A stretch of DNA of 64,000 nucleotides from Eledone cirrhosa (GCA_964016885.1 OZ024745.1:7626001-7690000); one strand, 5' to 3'; counted from the first letter of the stretch, positions 1-13,657 are shown. The notes: generated from the letters alone by a model not told the origin. Made by a program: numbers and translations.

Positions 1-62
1 CTGTTTCTTTGTTTTATTCATTATTTTTTAAATATTTTATATTTATATATATATATTTATGC

Positions 63-137
<75 letters not shown>

Positions 138-141
<4 letters not shown>

Positions 142-258
142 AGGCGCGTGGCTGAGTGGTAAGAGAATTGGATTCACAATCGTGAGGTTGTAAGTTCGAT
201 TCCTGGACCGGGCGATGCGTTATGTCCTTGAGCAAGACACTTTATTTCACGTTGCTCC
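138..258 (+). mobile_element. tRNA-derived SINE family 1 (CORE-like domain), 3' truncated
   Basis: A box TGGCTGAGTGG, B box AGTTCGATTCC, then TGTCCTTGAGCAAGACACTTTATTTCAC; a homologous copy lies at 37716. Confidence 0.8.
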
Positions 259-332
259 TTCTACCTGGAGTTGCGACCGATAGATAGTATTAGCAATTGT
301 ATTGACGAAAGTCGATCGACTATATGTATATA

Positions 333-378
<46 letters not shown>

Positions 379-379
<1 letters not shown>

Positions 380-901
380 TAGCTAAAGTATCCGTCCTGT
401 GGGCGGTTCAAGTAGCTTTCGATGTAGCTCATTAAATTAAACAAAGTAAATTTGAATGCATAGAAGAAAAACGTACTTTATGTAAACATGAAAACCTTAG
501 GCACTATTCCAGCGAAATAATTAATATGTGAACTCGGTGTCACCGTTATCCCATGTAACAACAGATTTTAACAACAGTAAAACCTTTTGTTTCAAATACA
601 AAGAGTAAAGTAAAATCCGAATGAGCCGAATTGTAATAATCAAAATCCCAAAACAAAATTTTTGACAACATCAAAAATGAGTTCCTACTGTACTTACTTA
701 ATCACGAAAATTGACACAAATAACCGAAACTTTTTTAATGTCTCCAAAGGCTCCAATATCGATTTTTGAAAGCCTTTGTAGATCATGTACAGGTTTTGTG
801 CAAGGAGAAGCTCTGTAAAAATTTTCAAAGAAATCGCATGAATGGTTTAGAATATATAAGCCCTCATTAAAAATTGTCCACACACATACAGAAAACTTCA
901 G

Positions 902-910
<9 letters not shown>
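379..910 (-). mobile_element. Non-autonomous Helitron
   Basis: On the minus strand it ends in CTAG (379-382), preceded by a GC hairpin (ccgtcc-tgt-gggcgg, 392-406); the other end reads TATATAAAGCTGAAG and merges into (TA)n. Confidence 0.6.
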
Positions 911-967
<57 letters not shown>

Positions 968-1307
968 AGGGTGGTGGAACTGGAGGAAGCAAGGCAAAGG
1001 GCTATGGGCCGACCAATAATTATATTTTTCTCTCAAAACTACCAAAACGCATCTATTTAGGTATCACTACAATTTATGTACAGTACATGTTATGTTTATC
1101 TCATAACGAAGTTTTCTGACCATTTTACAGTGCAAAGAGTTTAACTAATCACAACGAAATTGACCCCCCCCCCCCAATTCTCAGAAAGGAGAAGGAGGGG
1201 GAGAAAGAATAAATGTGTGTGTTTACATTTAACTGTAATTGTGTGTGACTTACAGTATGTATAACGAGAGGTGGCGGCGAGGGTAATATAAAGGGGGAGG
1301 GGGGAGT

Positions 1308-1795
1308 ACACACACACACATATATATATATATATACATACATATACATATATATATGTAAACATACACATTCATGCACATATATATGCACTCATATACA
1401 CACACACACACATACATACATATACATATGGCTGTGTGTGTATGTGTATGTCTACGTGTGTGTATGTGTGTATGTCAGCGGGTATGTGTATGTCAGCGTG
1501 TGTGTGTATGTCTCTGTGTGTATGTGTGTATATCTGCGCATGTGCGTGTGTGTGTATGTGTATGGGTATATATGTGTGTGTGTGTATATGCGGTATGTCT
1601 GCATGTGTGTCTATGTCTGTGTCTGTATGTGCGTATGTCTGCATGTGTATGTATGTCTGTGTGTATGCCTGCATGTGTATGTGTGTGTATGTCTGTGTGT
1701 GTATGTCTGCATGTGTGTGTATGTCTGTGTGTGTATCTCTGTGTGTGTATGTATATCTGTGCGTGTGTATGTCTGTGTGTGTATGTCTGTGTGTA
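1308..1795. repeat. Compound (CA)/(TA)/(TG)-derived microsatellite
   Basis: Degenerate tgtgtgtatgtc repeats. Confidence 0.9.
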
Positions 1796-1856
1796 GTGCT
1801 AGTGATGGTGGTAAAGGCCATTTGAAAGGTAATGCCTGTGTTGTCAGCAGAAATAA

Positions 1857-2040
1857 TTGTTTCTACTTTTGGCACAAGGCCAGCAATTATCCCAGTACAT
1901 TACTGGTACTTTATTTTATCGACCCCGTAAGGATGAAAGGCAAAGTAAACCTCGGCGGGATTTGAACTCAGATCGTAAAGGGACGTAACTATGCTGGAAA
2001 GCATGGCGTCCGACCTTCTACCGATACTGCCAATCCACCG
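1857..2040 (-). mobile_element. tRNA-derived SINE family 2 (Meta-like central domain), full length
   Basis: B box GAGTTCAAATCCC and the motif GCCTTTCATCCTTACGGGGTCGATAAAAT; target-site duplication gtcagcagaaataat at 1843-1857 and 2040-2054. Confidence 0.9.
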
Positions 2041-2224
2041 TCAGCAGAAATAATAATCAGGTACAAGAGCGAGAGAGAGAGGCACAACAAGATGGCGGCT
2101 AAGTAAAGAGTTTAAATGGCGCCAGAGGATTTCACTTGAGAGGAGACCGAAAGGTTTACACTCCGGATGTTGGCTTTGTCTGTTTACTGTGACACAATCT
2201 CAACAACACGTCACACACCGTTGA

Positions 2225-2544
2225 GAGAGGGGGTAGGGGTATGGGGTAGGTGTGGTGAGGTGTTGGGGAGGTGGGAGGTGGAGGTGGGAAGAGGGCTGGG
2301 TGGGAAGGTGCGGTGGTATGAAGGTAGATAGGAAGGTGCGTATGTAGCGACGTGGGTGTAGGTGTGTTGGTAGGTGGGTAAGACCGGTGGGTAGGTAGGT
2401 AGGTAGGTGGGTGGGTAGGTAGGTTTGGGGTAGATAGGTGGGTAGGTGGGTAGGTAGGTGGGTGGGTAGGTGAATGGTAGGTAGGTAGATGGGTGGGTAA
2501 CAAGGAAGATTTCAAGATGTGAAAGAAGAAAAAGAAGAAAAGAC

Positions 2545-2590
<46 letters not shown>

Positions 2591-2673
2591 GAAAAAGGAA
2601 AGCAAAAAAGCAAAATAAAGAAAATTAATGGAAAAGAAATCAGACAGATAGATAGATAGATAGATAGAGAGAG

Positions 2674-2738
<65 letters not shown>

Positions 2739-2755
2739 AAGAGAGAGGGAGAGCT
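2225..2755. repeat. (GGTA/GGTG), (GAAA), (GATA) and (GA) simple repeats
   Basis: Direct inspection. Confidence 0.9.
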
Positions 2756-3694
2756 TTCTTTAGTTGCCACAAGGGCATACAAGGGACATTACAAGACATA
2801 TGGTGGGGGTTTTACATAAAAATCTTTAACAGTAATAATGGATAACAATAAACTATATAAAATAAAATAACAATCGAAATCCCCAGTAGGGGGGAACGTT
2901 ACTGCGGGGTTATTTTACACCCCGTGGATAGAACAACCCTCAACACCAGGAACACGTTTTGTAGATGTTCCCATCTTCCCTCTGTTTATCTTCCTCAACC
3001 TACAGGTTTATATACACAGAAGGCCCATTCACTCGGACCATTTTCGCCACATTCACCCACCTTTCAGCGAATTTACTGGGGTGTAGCACCTCTCTCTCCA
3101 CTCTCAAAGAAGGGGATGAATTGTTGTCCGAAGAGAAAGGTGTTTTCCCTCAGTCCTTTCAACCTCGTCCACCATATTACCTCTTTCGCCATAGCCACCA
3201 GACAGAGGAAAACCACCTCTCCTTCATTCTTAAATGAGGGAGGCGGGGTGATCCTCACGATGGACCCAGCTGACAATTGGATGGGTCCCACACGTGACAG
3301 TAACTGTTCGACATAATTTCACAGGTCGGTCACCCCTGGGCACTGAACAATTGCGTGCAGAATGGTTTCGATGTCCTGCTCGCATCTTGGACAGGTCCTT
3401 TTGGCAGGATCTCTGCCAGGGCGTCCGTGCCTGTAGATTTTGGCTCGAACAGGTAGAGCTCCTCAGTAGCACTGCCAGGCCAGAGACCTCTGGAAGTTAT
3501 CCATAGGCCCTGGATGGAAAGTCCTCCTGGACAGACTTGTCAGTTCGTCCTCCTCAATGCTTAGAGTTTCCCCGAGAACGTCGTCGCATTTATCCTCCAC
3601 TAATCCCCTATAGAATGTCGAAGTGGAGTCTCTGCTGATTGTAGTTTCCACTTGGTAGAGGGCTGTGAGCGCCTGTAGGCACTCGAGGTGCCAG
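2756..3694 (-). mobile_element. 5'-truncated Tx1/L1-like non-LTR retrotransposon (ORF2 C-terminus and 3' UTR), disrupted
   Basis: Peptides TFYRGLVEDKCDDVLGE..MDNFQRSLAWQCY and FLCLVAMAKEVIWWTRLKGL are homologous to the longer copy at 29281-32030; similar 3' end (CCTTGTG..CTAA). Confidence 0.85.
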
Positions 3695-3734
3695 ATAGAT
3701 AGGTAGGTAGATAGGTAGATAAATAGATAGATAG

Positions 3735-3825
<91 letters not shown>

Positions 3826-3997
3826 GTGAGTGTGTGTGAAAGAGAGAGGGGGAGGGAGAAGTAGACGGAAAGAAAAGTGGAATTGAAAAACGAAAAGAAT
3901 GAAAAGGTTTTAAGGACAGAGAAAAATACATGAAGGGGGCGGCGAGGGTGTTGTAGTGGCGGGAAATAAAGAGAGAAGTAGAAAGAGAAGTAGAGAG

Positions 3998-4052
<55 letters not shown>

Positions 4053-4310
4053 GAGAGAAGTAGAGAGAGAAAGAGAAGTAAAGAGAAGTAGAGAGAGAGA
4101 GAAGTAGAGAGGAAGTAGAGAGGGAGAGAAGTAGAGAGGGAGAGAAGTAGAGAGGGAGAGAGAGAGAGAGGTAGAGAGAGAGAGGGAGAGTAGAGAGAGA
4201 GAAGTAAAGAGAGAGAGAAGTAAAGAGAGAAAGAGAGACGTAGATAGATAAAGAATTGCAGAAAAAAACAGAAAAAAGATGAGGAAAGTTAGAAAGAGAA
4301 AGAAGAGAGG
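3695..4310. repeat. (GATA), (GA) and gaagtagaga low-complexity repeats
   Basis: Direct inspection. Confidence 0.9.
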
Positions 4311-4419
4311 ATAAATCGCCATCTTCTGTGTCAGACAATAAGTGGTCAGATGTAGATATTCATAATTCATAATCTGACGTAATACATATTTCGGTGGCAT
4401 TCATGATTATGTAAACATT

Positions 4420-4535
4420 TCATTTCACGTTGCTCCGGTATAACCCTGCGATGGACTGGCGTCCTCTCCAGGAGAAGTCTAGTACTGTCAGTCGCTTCAC
4501 ACCACAGAATCCGAGATGAGCACCGGCTGGTGACC
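4420..4535 (+). mobile_element. SINE family 1, 3' fragment
   Basis: ATTTCACGTTGCTCC is shared with the copy at 138; followed by AACCCTGCGATGGACTGGCGTCC. Confidence 0.6.
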
Positions 4536-5849
4536 CTCCGATCTCTAGAAAGACTTTAAACATAACGAAACGTAATGTAACCATCATGCAACACCAACAT
4601 GACTTCATCAGAAACCATCTTAAGTAATAAGGTTGTTATGTAACATTTCTTATTCACTACAAGCTATCGACAAGGGTATGGACGGCTTTGGTGTTTCCCC
4701 TTTCATAGTCCAACCCCGCTGGTAAATGTGTGATGGCTGCATTACTTATTAATGAACACCATGGAAATAAGTATTACGGTAGATTATGGATATCTACATC
4801 TGGCCTTCGCAAACTGTATTTGTATGTGAGCCCGGCCTCCTCTTTATTAACTTCACCTAAAATATAAGCTCTACGATCCTTGCATTACCTTATACGTTCA
4901 TGAGAAGCCACCCTCTTATGATTTCCATCAATACCTTTTGGCAAAAACAAATTTCAGCGCCTCTCAGCATCTCTTATATTCGACCGTCTAGAATAATAGT
5001 TCATTAGAATATTCTTTTAATTTTTTTTTAAATTTTCTAATTGCTTTTATTCTAATTAATGTCGCTACCGCCATTCCCCAACCACGCCATATTTACTTCT
5101 AAGGAATTTTTTAAAACTTTCACTTCATCTTCCCTACGCTGCAGGCATTGCACCAACTTTACACCTAATTGAAATTTCAAACAATTTTCTTTTTAGAACA
5201 TGAGAAACCGACTGAATGCAAAAGATGTAACTCGGAGGTTGCTTGGTGAGACACAGTTCTAAAACAAAGTCGGAAGATTTCAGATATCTTCCAAATTCCT
5301 TTTGCTTTTGAAATTCTTTTGATATATTATTTATTTTTTGTTTACACCATTTTTACTCTGTAAATGAGAATTTTGTTTTTGTTTTGTTATTTTGTTTCTA
5401 CCTTCAAAGATTTCTAGCTATTGTTATTTATTTAAGACAACAAAGAAAAATAAAAGATTACCATCGCCATCTTTTCTCGTTCTTTAGTAGAAAGCTGCAA
5501 TAGAAATATAACAAAATTGGTTAGGTCGCACTTACCAGAGTCTCGGCTTGTTAAGATCTCATCGGTAAACAACAAACGGACAATTTAATTAACACTTAGA
5601 TACTTTCTCTTACGATTCTTTGTGAAATAATGGAATTAAAAGTACCCTCCATAAAAGAATGCCGTCTCCACCATCCTCTTTCTCTCTCGTCTACATATCG
5701 TTTGTAAACTACCTTCAGGTATTTCTCAGACCAAAAATGGCTGCAACTCATATTGCTCATCGTCTTAATCTTCAGAATATTTCCTATCAATTCAAGAGAT
5801 CAATTATAAGTGTTTATTTAGCTACTAGCAGCAATATCTACGTCAGAAA

Positions 5850-6125
5850 TACTTGACAAATTATTATTGGAGATTCTGGCTTGTCAAACAATCATCCACT
5901 TTAATAATCTGGTTCTTCAATGTGATCCAGAAAAAATATAGCCAGAGTTTACTGAGTGATGGTGAAAGAATGGGTGGTGATGGCAACTCTCTTTTCTTGG
6001 CTCCTTCATCATAGCAGATTCTGAGAGAGAGAGAGGGAGAAGGACAGAGGGAGAGGAATAGAGGGAGAGGGAGAGAGATGGGAGAGAGAGAGGAGAGAGA
6101 GACGGAGAGAAAGAGAGAGAGAGGG

Positions 6126-6157
<32 letters not shown>

Positions 6158-6420
6158 GAGCAGCAGTATTTGACTGATTCTTTACTTCACCATTCATCTT
6201 TACCACACTCCAAAAGATGAACAGCAAAATCGACCACGGCACCGTTTGAATGTAGAGGCAGCCAGAAAAAATACCGCAAGGTATTCTATCCAACAATCAA
6301 GTGACTCGAGCAGATATGAAGAAGTTTTCTTTCAGCTGATGTGTATGGTGTTGCTTTCCTTGGCAAAGGCGGTCAGAATCTCAACGGACGATTTAAACGA
6401 ATTTAAGCTTTCTATTTCTA
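5850..6420 (-). pseudogene. Possible highly decayed mariner transposase fragment, split by (GA)n
   Basis: LPSPPILSPSL..YFF resembles PHPPYSPDLAPSDY; SILLFIFWS resembles KVMLCVWWD; weak similarity only. Confidence 0.3.
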
Positions 6421-6574
6421 AACAATTTTCATGTCAGAATTAAATATTAATTTAAATTGGGAGCAAGGCTGCCCTCCTCATCATCCGGTACCTATCTTGA
6501 TGGTGAGTGGTCTTGCGCCTCGGTCCCAGTTTCATTTTTCATCGATATTAAGCTACCGAGGGTATAAGACTCCC

Positions 6575-6760
6575 CCTCGACATAACACCAGTCCTTCGCA
6601 TGGTTAAACACCCAGGTACTGTTCGTATTTCAACTGAAGGTACTGAAGCAACATGAAATGAAATATTTTATTCAAGAACAGAACGCGCTATTGAGTTCAG
6701 GAATCGTACCCACGACATTATGATCGTAAGCTCAACACCTTAACCACTGGACCACACACG
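6575..6760 (-). mobile_element. SINE family 1, diverged copy
   Basis: Reverse complement gives TGGTCCAGTGGTTAAGG..GGTACGATTCCTG..TTCTTGAATAAAATATTTCATTTCATGTTGCTTCAG. Confidence 0.7.
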
Positions 6761-6934
6761 GAGGGGGGGGGGGGGATAAAATAATGTACTAGTAAAGTAC
6801 TAGAGTTAGTTTATTCGACTATACCCCTCACCCTCACCCTATTGTCCCTCTCTTACAATTTAATAATTAATAAGCATGTATTTTTTACAGTGAGCAAAAC
6901 ATGTGTATGTGTGTGTGTCAATATATGATATATA

Positions 6935-7021
<87 letters not shown>

Positions 7022-7079
7022 ACTACAGGAATTGAAGATTCAAGATCTTAGCGGTATGTCGTATAACCAATCTCTTATA

Positions 7080-7144
7080 ATATTTTATCTGATGAAAACG
7101 TACTGAAATACCATTGTACCTTTGAAATATGTATAATAAAATAT
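7080..7144 (+). ncRNA. Minimal type I hammerhead ribozyme motif in a Penelope-like pLTR fragment (7020-7282) between (TA)n tracts
   Basis: Stem I ATATTTTAT/ATAAAATAT, CTGATGA, stem II AAACGTAC/GTACCTTT, GAAA, near-palindromic stem III ATATGTAT, NUH triplet ATA. Confidence 0.7.
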
Positions 7145-7286
7145 ATACTTTGGTTAGGGTAATATTTCTCATTTATTAATATTTTGAATAATATTAAATA
7201 CTCCAGATAAAGACTGTAGAGTGCTTCTAATCTATTGTAAAATTGAATTCGTTGAATAATCAACGAACCATATAAACTTTTGGTAT

Positions 7287-7524
<238 letters not shown>

Positions 7525-8247
7525 TTGTGTGTGTGTGTGTCTGTGTTTCACTCTCTTTCTCTCTCTCTCTCTGTGAAATATCTAATCTAATCACACGAGA
7601 AGTCAACTTTGAGATGTATCAACATATTGAAATCCGTTATCAAACATTTAAAGAGAGTCTCAATCTTTGAATCACTGTTAGCCAAACACCGGAAACACAC
7701 ATATCTCTCTCTCATGGAAAGACTACGTTCAACTATTAACATTTAAACACTTTAAACCTTTTAAACGTAACATCATATCGATCTAAATACAACAACACAA
7801 ACAATCATTTAGTCTGAACTCCCAGCCAATTTCGATTTCAACCTACCAATACCTTCCTCATCCAATATAAATAGTTTCTAATAATCTAATCAATTGGAAT
7901 TGATTTCACCTCAACTACTGTAAACATATTTGAAATGACAATCTAAACACATTAAAGCTCATAACAAATAGCAAACAAACCAAGGAGCCACCCTGTCATC
8001 TTTGGACTTGCTAGAAAAAGTAACTAAATTCACACTCAAATCATTCTTTGTAGACATTCACATGGGTACATGACAAAAGACGGAGGAAAATCAGGGAATT
8101 TCCGACAAATGGTATTCCGATAGATGAAAATACTGTGATCGGAAGAAACGTGGTGTAGTAATGTGAGGGGTAGTAGAAGTTTTCTGTTGATTTGTCAGAA
8201 GTAAAATATAAGGAGTGAAGTGAGAGGAATTCAAAATGGAGTGAGAG

Positions 8248-9228
8248 TCGAGATCTGTCGAAAAAGAATCCGATCTTAGGCAGGAAAAAGAAAAACATTA
8301 CAAACTTAGTGGCGTTCAATTGCTAACCCTTTTCGAATAAGACCGCTTATGCCTCGACACACTCAACCTAGCAAACCTGCCATTATTCGGAACACGTGTG
8401 GAATGCTTCTTCCGAAATGGCTTTCAGCTCCGGCATCGCAGTCCACATGGCGTCCTTTCAGCTCTCAAGGAAGTCGGAAGGATCTACATGTAGAGGGTAT
8501 GGAGACTGGAGAATGAGCGAATTGCCAACCATTGACAAGAAACCTTAGATGAGCTGTGATGAATAAGACTGGGCATTGTCATGATGCAGCTGCCAGATTT
8601 GTGAGGCCCACAGATCCGGTATCTGGTACCAAACTACATCACGAAGACATCGTAGAATTTCCTGATATAACTCTTTTGTAACTGATCTTCTAGGGGTGTA
8701 TTCCTGATGGTCAATACCGCAGCAGTCCAACTACCAGCATCACCTTGATTCGCGCCTAACCAGCTTTGTTGGATCTTGGCCACATTGAATGCTTCCACTG
8801 TGATGACAGAGCTTTGGTTTCCGGGTGGTACCTGTATACCCTTGTCTATCTCTAGTTATTACGGTATTCAGGAACTAATGATCCTTGTTAGAAGTATTGG
8901 GCGAAATAAAAACGCGTGGAGTAAGTAGTACATCAGCTGACATGGTGACTGCCTGACAGCGACTGACGCATCCAGTGAGCTCACCCAAATCACGCATACA
9001 CAGGAATGTATGCGGCTCCACGTCATTACCTCCTAAGATGAAAACTAAAGAGAAATAATAACAGTTTGATGTAAACAAGTCAAAATGGCCGTTACTTATC
9101 TCTCACTGAACCTTCACTATTTTCTGCTTTTTCTTCTTTTTCCCACTCCCTCTCCATTAATACATTTAGTCTTTCTGTTTATTACCGTCAGGGTCTAAGT
9201 CGGAATTTATTTGTTCACAGAACATACT
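8248..9228 (-). mobile_element. Decayed, internally deleted mariner (Tc1/mariner) transposon
   Basis: ITRD.TRVYRYHPETKALSSQWK, WQLHHDNA, SPYPLHVDPSDF (resembles YSPDLAPSDF) and CVEA..SYFE; degenerate TIRs at about 8250-8280 and 9195-9228. Confidence 0.8.
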
Positions 9229-9329
9229 GGGTTTCAACATATGTCAACATTGATGACGATTCCTTGAGAAATTGCGACGTTGTTTTCGGACATCTTTTCA
9301 CACCTGTTATAATAGGTTATAATAAACAT

Positions 9330-9760
9330 TTCACAACATAAACATCCCACAATATAGTAAACACCCCACAATATAGTAAACATTTCACAATGTAGTAAAC
9401 ATTTCACAATATAGTAAACAATTCACAATATAGTAAACAATTCACAATATAGTAAACATTTCACAATATAGTAAACATTTCACAATACAGTAAACACCCT
9501 ACAATATAGTAAACATTTCACAATATAGTAAATACCCCACAATATAGTAAACATTTCACAATATAGTAAACACTCAACAATATAGTAAACATTTCATAAT
9601 ATAGTAAACACCCAACAATGTAATAAACATTTCACAATATAGTAAATATTTCACAATATAGTAAACATTTCACAATATAGTAAACACCCCACAATATAGT
9701 AAACATTTCACAATATAGTAAACATCCCACAATGTAGTAAACACCCCACAAAATAGTAAC
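9330..9760. repeat. 19-bp minisatellite
   Basis: Unit cacaatatagtaaacattt, about 22 copies. Confidence 0.95.
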
Positions 9761-10039
9761 TACAGTAAATATAGTGTATAGCATGAAGATTACATAATAT
9801 AGTAAATATTGAAAAATATGGCGAATATTTGATATTTCAAAATATGGAAAGGAAAGAGTTAAGGAAAGAAAATTCCTAATAAATGAAATTAGATCGGTAA
9901 GATGAGATGAAAGGAAAGGAAAGACATTAAAACAGAAATATTGAAATAAATATTGGCTAAATAGAGAGGGGGGATGAGAAACATCAGAGACACACACATA
10001 CACACACACATACACACACATACATACACACACATACAT

Positions 10040-10078
<39 letters not shown>

Positions 10079-10314
10079 TTTATATATATATATATGTATA
10101 TATATATATACACATATATATATATATATACAGAGAGAGAGAAGTGTCCAGAGTGAAAGTGACAGAAAGGAGGGGAGAGAAAAGGAAGGAGAAAGAGAGA
10201 GAGAGAGAGGGGAAGAAAGTTGATAATATAGTGATAGAATATGAGAAAGAGGGAAAAGAACAGGAAAATTAAAGGGTAAGACGGTGGGGAGATAGAAATA
10301 TGACATAATGTAGT

Positions 10315-11160
10315 GTAGAGAGAGGGAGAGAGGAGAGAGAGGAGAGTGGGAGAGAGGACAGGAAGGAGAGATGAGAGAGGGAGAAAGATGAGAGAGAGGG
10401 AGAAAGATGAGAGAGAGGGAGAAAGATGAGAGAGATGAGAGAGAGAGGGAGATGAGAGAGAGGGAGAAAGATGAGAGAGGGAGAAAGATGAAAGAGGGAG
10501 AAAGATGAGAGAGAGGAGAGAGATGAGAGAGAGGGAGAAATATGAGAGAGAGGAGAGATGAGAGAGAGGAGAGAGATGGGAGAGAGGGAGAAATATGAGA
10601 GAGAGGAGAGATGAGAGAGAGGGAGAGAGATGAGAGAGAGGGAGAAAGAGGAGAGAGAGGGAGAAAGATGAGAGAGATGAGAGAGATGAGAGAGAGAGGG
10701 AGAGAGATGAGAGGGAGGGTGAAAGATGAGAGAGGGAGAAAGATGAGAGAGAGGAGAGAGATGAGAGAGAGAGGGAGAGAGATGAGAGGGAGGGTGAAAG
10801 ATGAGAGAGGGAGAAAGATGAGAGAGAGGGAGAAAGATGAGAGAGAGGGAGAAATATGAGAGAGGGAGAAAGACGAGAGAGAGAGAAGAGAGATGAGAGA
10901 GGGAGAAAGATGAGAGAGAGGGAGAAAGATGAGAGAGAGGGAGAAAGATGAGAGAGGGAGAAAGACGAGAGAGAGAGAAGAGAGATGAGAGAGGGAGAAA
11001 GATGAGAGAGAGGGAGAAATATGAGAGAGGGGAGAGAGATGAGAGAGAGGGAGAAAGATGAGAGAGAGGGAGAAATATGAGAGAGAGGAGAGATGAGAGA
11101 GAGGGAGAAAGATGAGAGAGAGGGAGAAAGATGAGAGAGAGAGAGAGAAAGATGAGCAAG
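10315..11160. repeat. Purine-rich minisatellite-like tract
   Basis: Variants of gggagaaagatgagagaga. Confidence 0.9.
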
Positions 11161-11662
11161 ATGAAAGAGGGAGATGCGAGAGAGGACATGTTTAGTGATG
11201 CTGACAGGCGGCTTTCAACATGAAAGCTTTACAGATTAGAGAGAAGCGGTATTTGGAAGGAGGCAGACGACATACCTTGTCCTCTACATTACTTAGGCTT
11301 TCAACATGAATAACAATTGAAAAGAAGACATAATTGACGTTTTCAAATATTTTCTTTTCTTTTCCGCTTTTTATTCCAATATCCCCCACCCTTACGCTGA
11401 GGGTGGGGGAATGGGTAGCGTGCGGTAGGGGTGGATGTTATTTGTTAGATTGACTGTTATATATATCTATATATATACATATATATATTCATACATATAT
11501 ATATCTATATATATACATACATATATATACACACACTCATACACACACATATTTTTTTTAGAAATATATATTATATATGTATATAATATATACATATATA
11601 TATTATATATATATATATTACATATATATATATTATATATATATATATATTATATATATATA

Positions 11663-11824
<162 letters not shown>

Positions 11825-11870
11825 ATATATATATTAATATATTATATATATTATATACTCGTATATATAT

Positions 11871-12065
11871 AACGAAGGAAATGTGGTAAGGAACCAGGTG
11901 GACCATAACGCACCAAAGTACTCAATACTTAGGGTAGTAGAGTGGGTAATAGGAACGAGTAGGACCCCGACGGCTGAGCTCAAGCCGTTTCTACGGCTAA
12001 TTCTTTTTTAGTCCAGAATTAGCCGTCGAAACGGCTTGAGCTCAGCCGTCGGGGTCCTACTCGTT

Positions 12066-12070
<5 letters not shown>
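11871..12070 (-). mobile_element. Penelope-like fold-back element, family A copy 1
   Basis: Arms 11949-12004 and 12015-12070; HHR 3' half GAAACGGCTTGAGCTCAGCCGTC; flanked by (TA)n. Confidence 0.7.
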
Positions 12071-12104
<34 letters not shown>

Positions 12105-12147
12105 GAAAGTTATAGAAAACATTGTAGCAAAAAGCCAACAGTATTCC

Positions 12148-12220
<73 letters not shown>

Positions 12221-12249
12221 TATATATCTATATATATATATATATACAC

Positions 12250-12309
<60 letters not shown>

Positions 12310-12599
12310 ATTATATATATAAATATATATAAATATAAATATATATATTTATATATATTATTAAATAAATATGTAGACAAAGCTAAGATAAACAAAGCTA
12401 AGATAAATAGATGTGAGAGTGAAGGGAGGAGTGTGGTAGATAGAGAAAGACTAATGGTTATATAGAGAGAAATAGAGAGAGATGTGGATGAAAGGGAGGG
12501 AGATACATACATAGACAATTAGTGTGTACACAAACATACACACACTCACACGCACACCACTTACAAACACACATATAGATGTGTGTGTATATATATAAT

Positions 12600-12866
12600 C
12601 GTGTGTGTGTGTATATGTGCGTGAGTGTGTGTGTGTGAGAGAGAGACTGGGTGTATGAGAGTGTGTGTGTGTGTGTGAGAGTGACTGTGTGTGTGAGTGT
12701 GTATGAGAGAGAGAGAGTGTGTGTGATAGGGAGTGAGTGCGTGTATGAGAGAGACTGTGTGAGAGTGAGAGAGAGTGTGTGCATGTGTGAGTGAGTCTGT
12801 GTGTGTGTGTGTGTGTGAGAGTGAGAGAGAGTGTGTGTGTGTGAGAGAGAGTGTATGTGTGAGAGA

Positions 12867-12897
<31 letters not shown>

Positions 12898-13518
12898 TGT
12901 ATGTGTGAGAGAGTGTGTGTGTGAGAGAGAGAGTGTGTGTGTGTGTGAGAGAGTGTATGTGTGAGAGAGTGTGTGTGTGAGAGAGAGTGCGTGTGTGTGT
13001 GTGTGAGAGAGAGTGTATGTGTGAGAGAGTGTGTGTGTGAGAGAGAGTGTGTGTGTGTGTGAGAGAGAGAGTGTATGTGTGAGAGAGTGTGTGTGTGAGA
13101 GAGAGTGTGTGTGTGTGTGAGAGAGAGAGTGTATGTGTGAGAGAGTGTGTGTGTGAGAGAGAGTGTGTGTGTGTGTGAGAGAGAGAGTGTATGTGTGAGA
13201 GAGTGTGTGTGTGAGAGAGTGTGTGTGTGAGAGAGAGTGTGTGTGTGTGTGTGAGAGAGAGTGTATGTGTGAGAGAGTGTGTGTGTGAGAGAGAGTGTGT
13301 GTGTGTGTGAGAGAGAGAGTGTATGTGTGAGAGAGTGTGTGTGTGAGAGAGAGTGTATGTGTGAGAGAGTGTGTGTGTGAGAGAGAGTGTGTGTGTGTGT
13401 GAGAGAGAGAGTGTATGTGTGAGAGAGTGTGTGTGTGAGAGAGTGTGTGTGTGAGAGAGAGTGTGTGTGTGTGTGTGAGAGAGAGTGTATGTGTGAGAGA
13501 GTGTGTGTGTGAGAGAGA

Positions 13519-13549
<31 letters not shown>

Positions 13550-13657
13550 TGTATGTGTGAGAGAGTGTGTGTGTGAGAGAGAGAGTGTGTGTGTGTGTGA
13601 GAGAGAGAGTGTATGTGTGAGAGAGTGTGTGTGTGAGAGAGAGTGTTTTTGTGAGAG

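Noticed and set aside
138-215. tRNA gene
   Set aside because: A and B boxes are present, but they continue into a SINE body found in several copies.
4560-4615. Hammerhead motif (CGAAACGTA and TCATCAG)
   Set aside because: The two boxes lie on opposite strands.
5525-5600. Minus-strand exon ending at a GGTAAGTG donor
   Set aside because: No open frame or acceptor to support it.
7990-8065. PLE RT motif (LSSLDL..SFFVDI)
   Set aside because: Better explained as a copy of the interspersed repeat also seen at 23192 and 28030.
11949-12070. Classical MITE with TIRs
   Set aside because: The inverted repeat is asymmetric (tail on one side only), loops differ between copies, and the arms carry HHR motifs.
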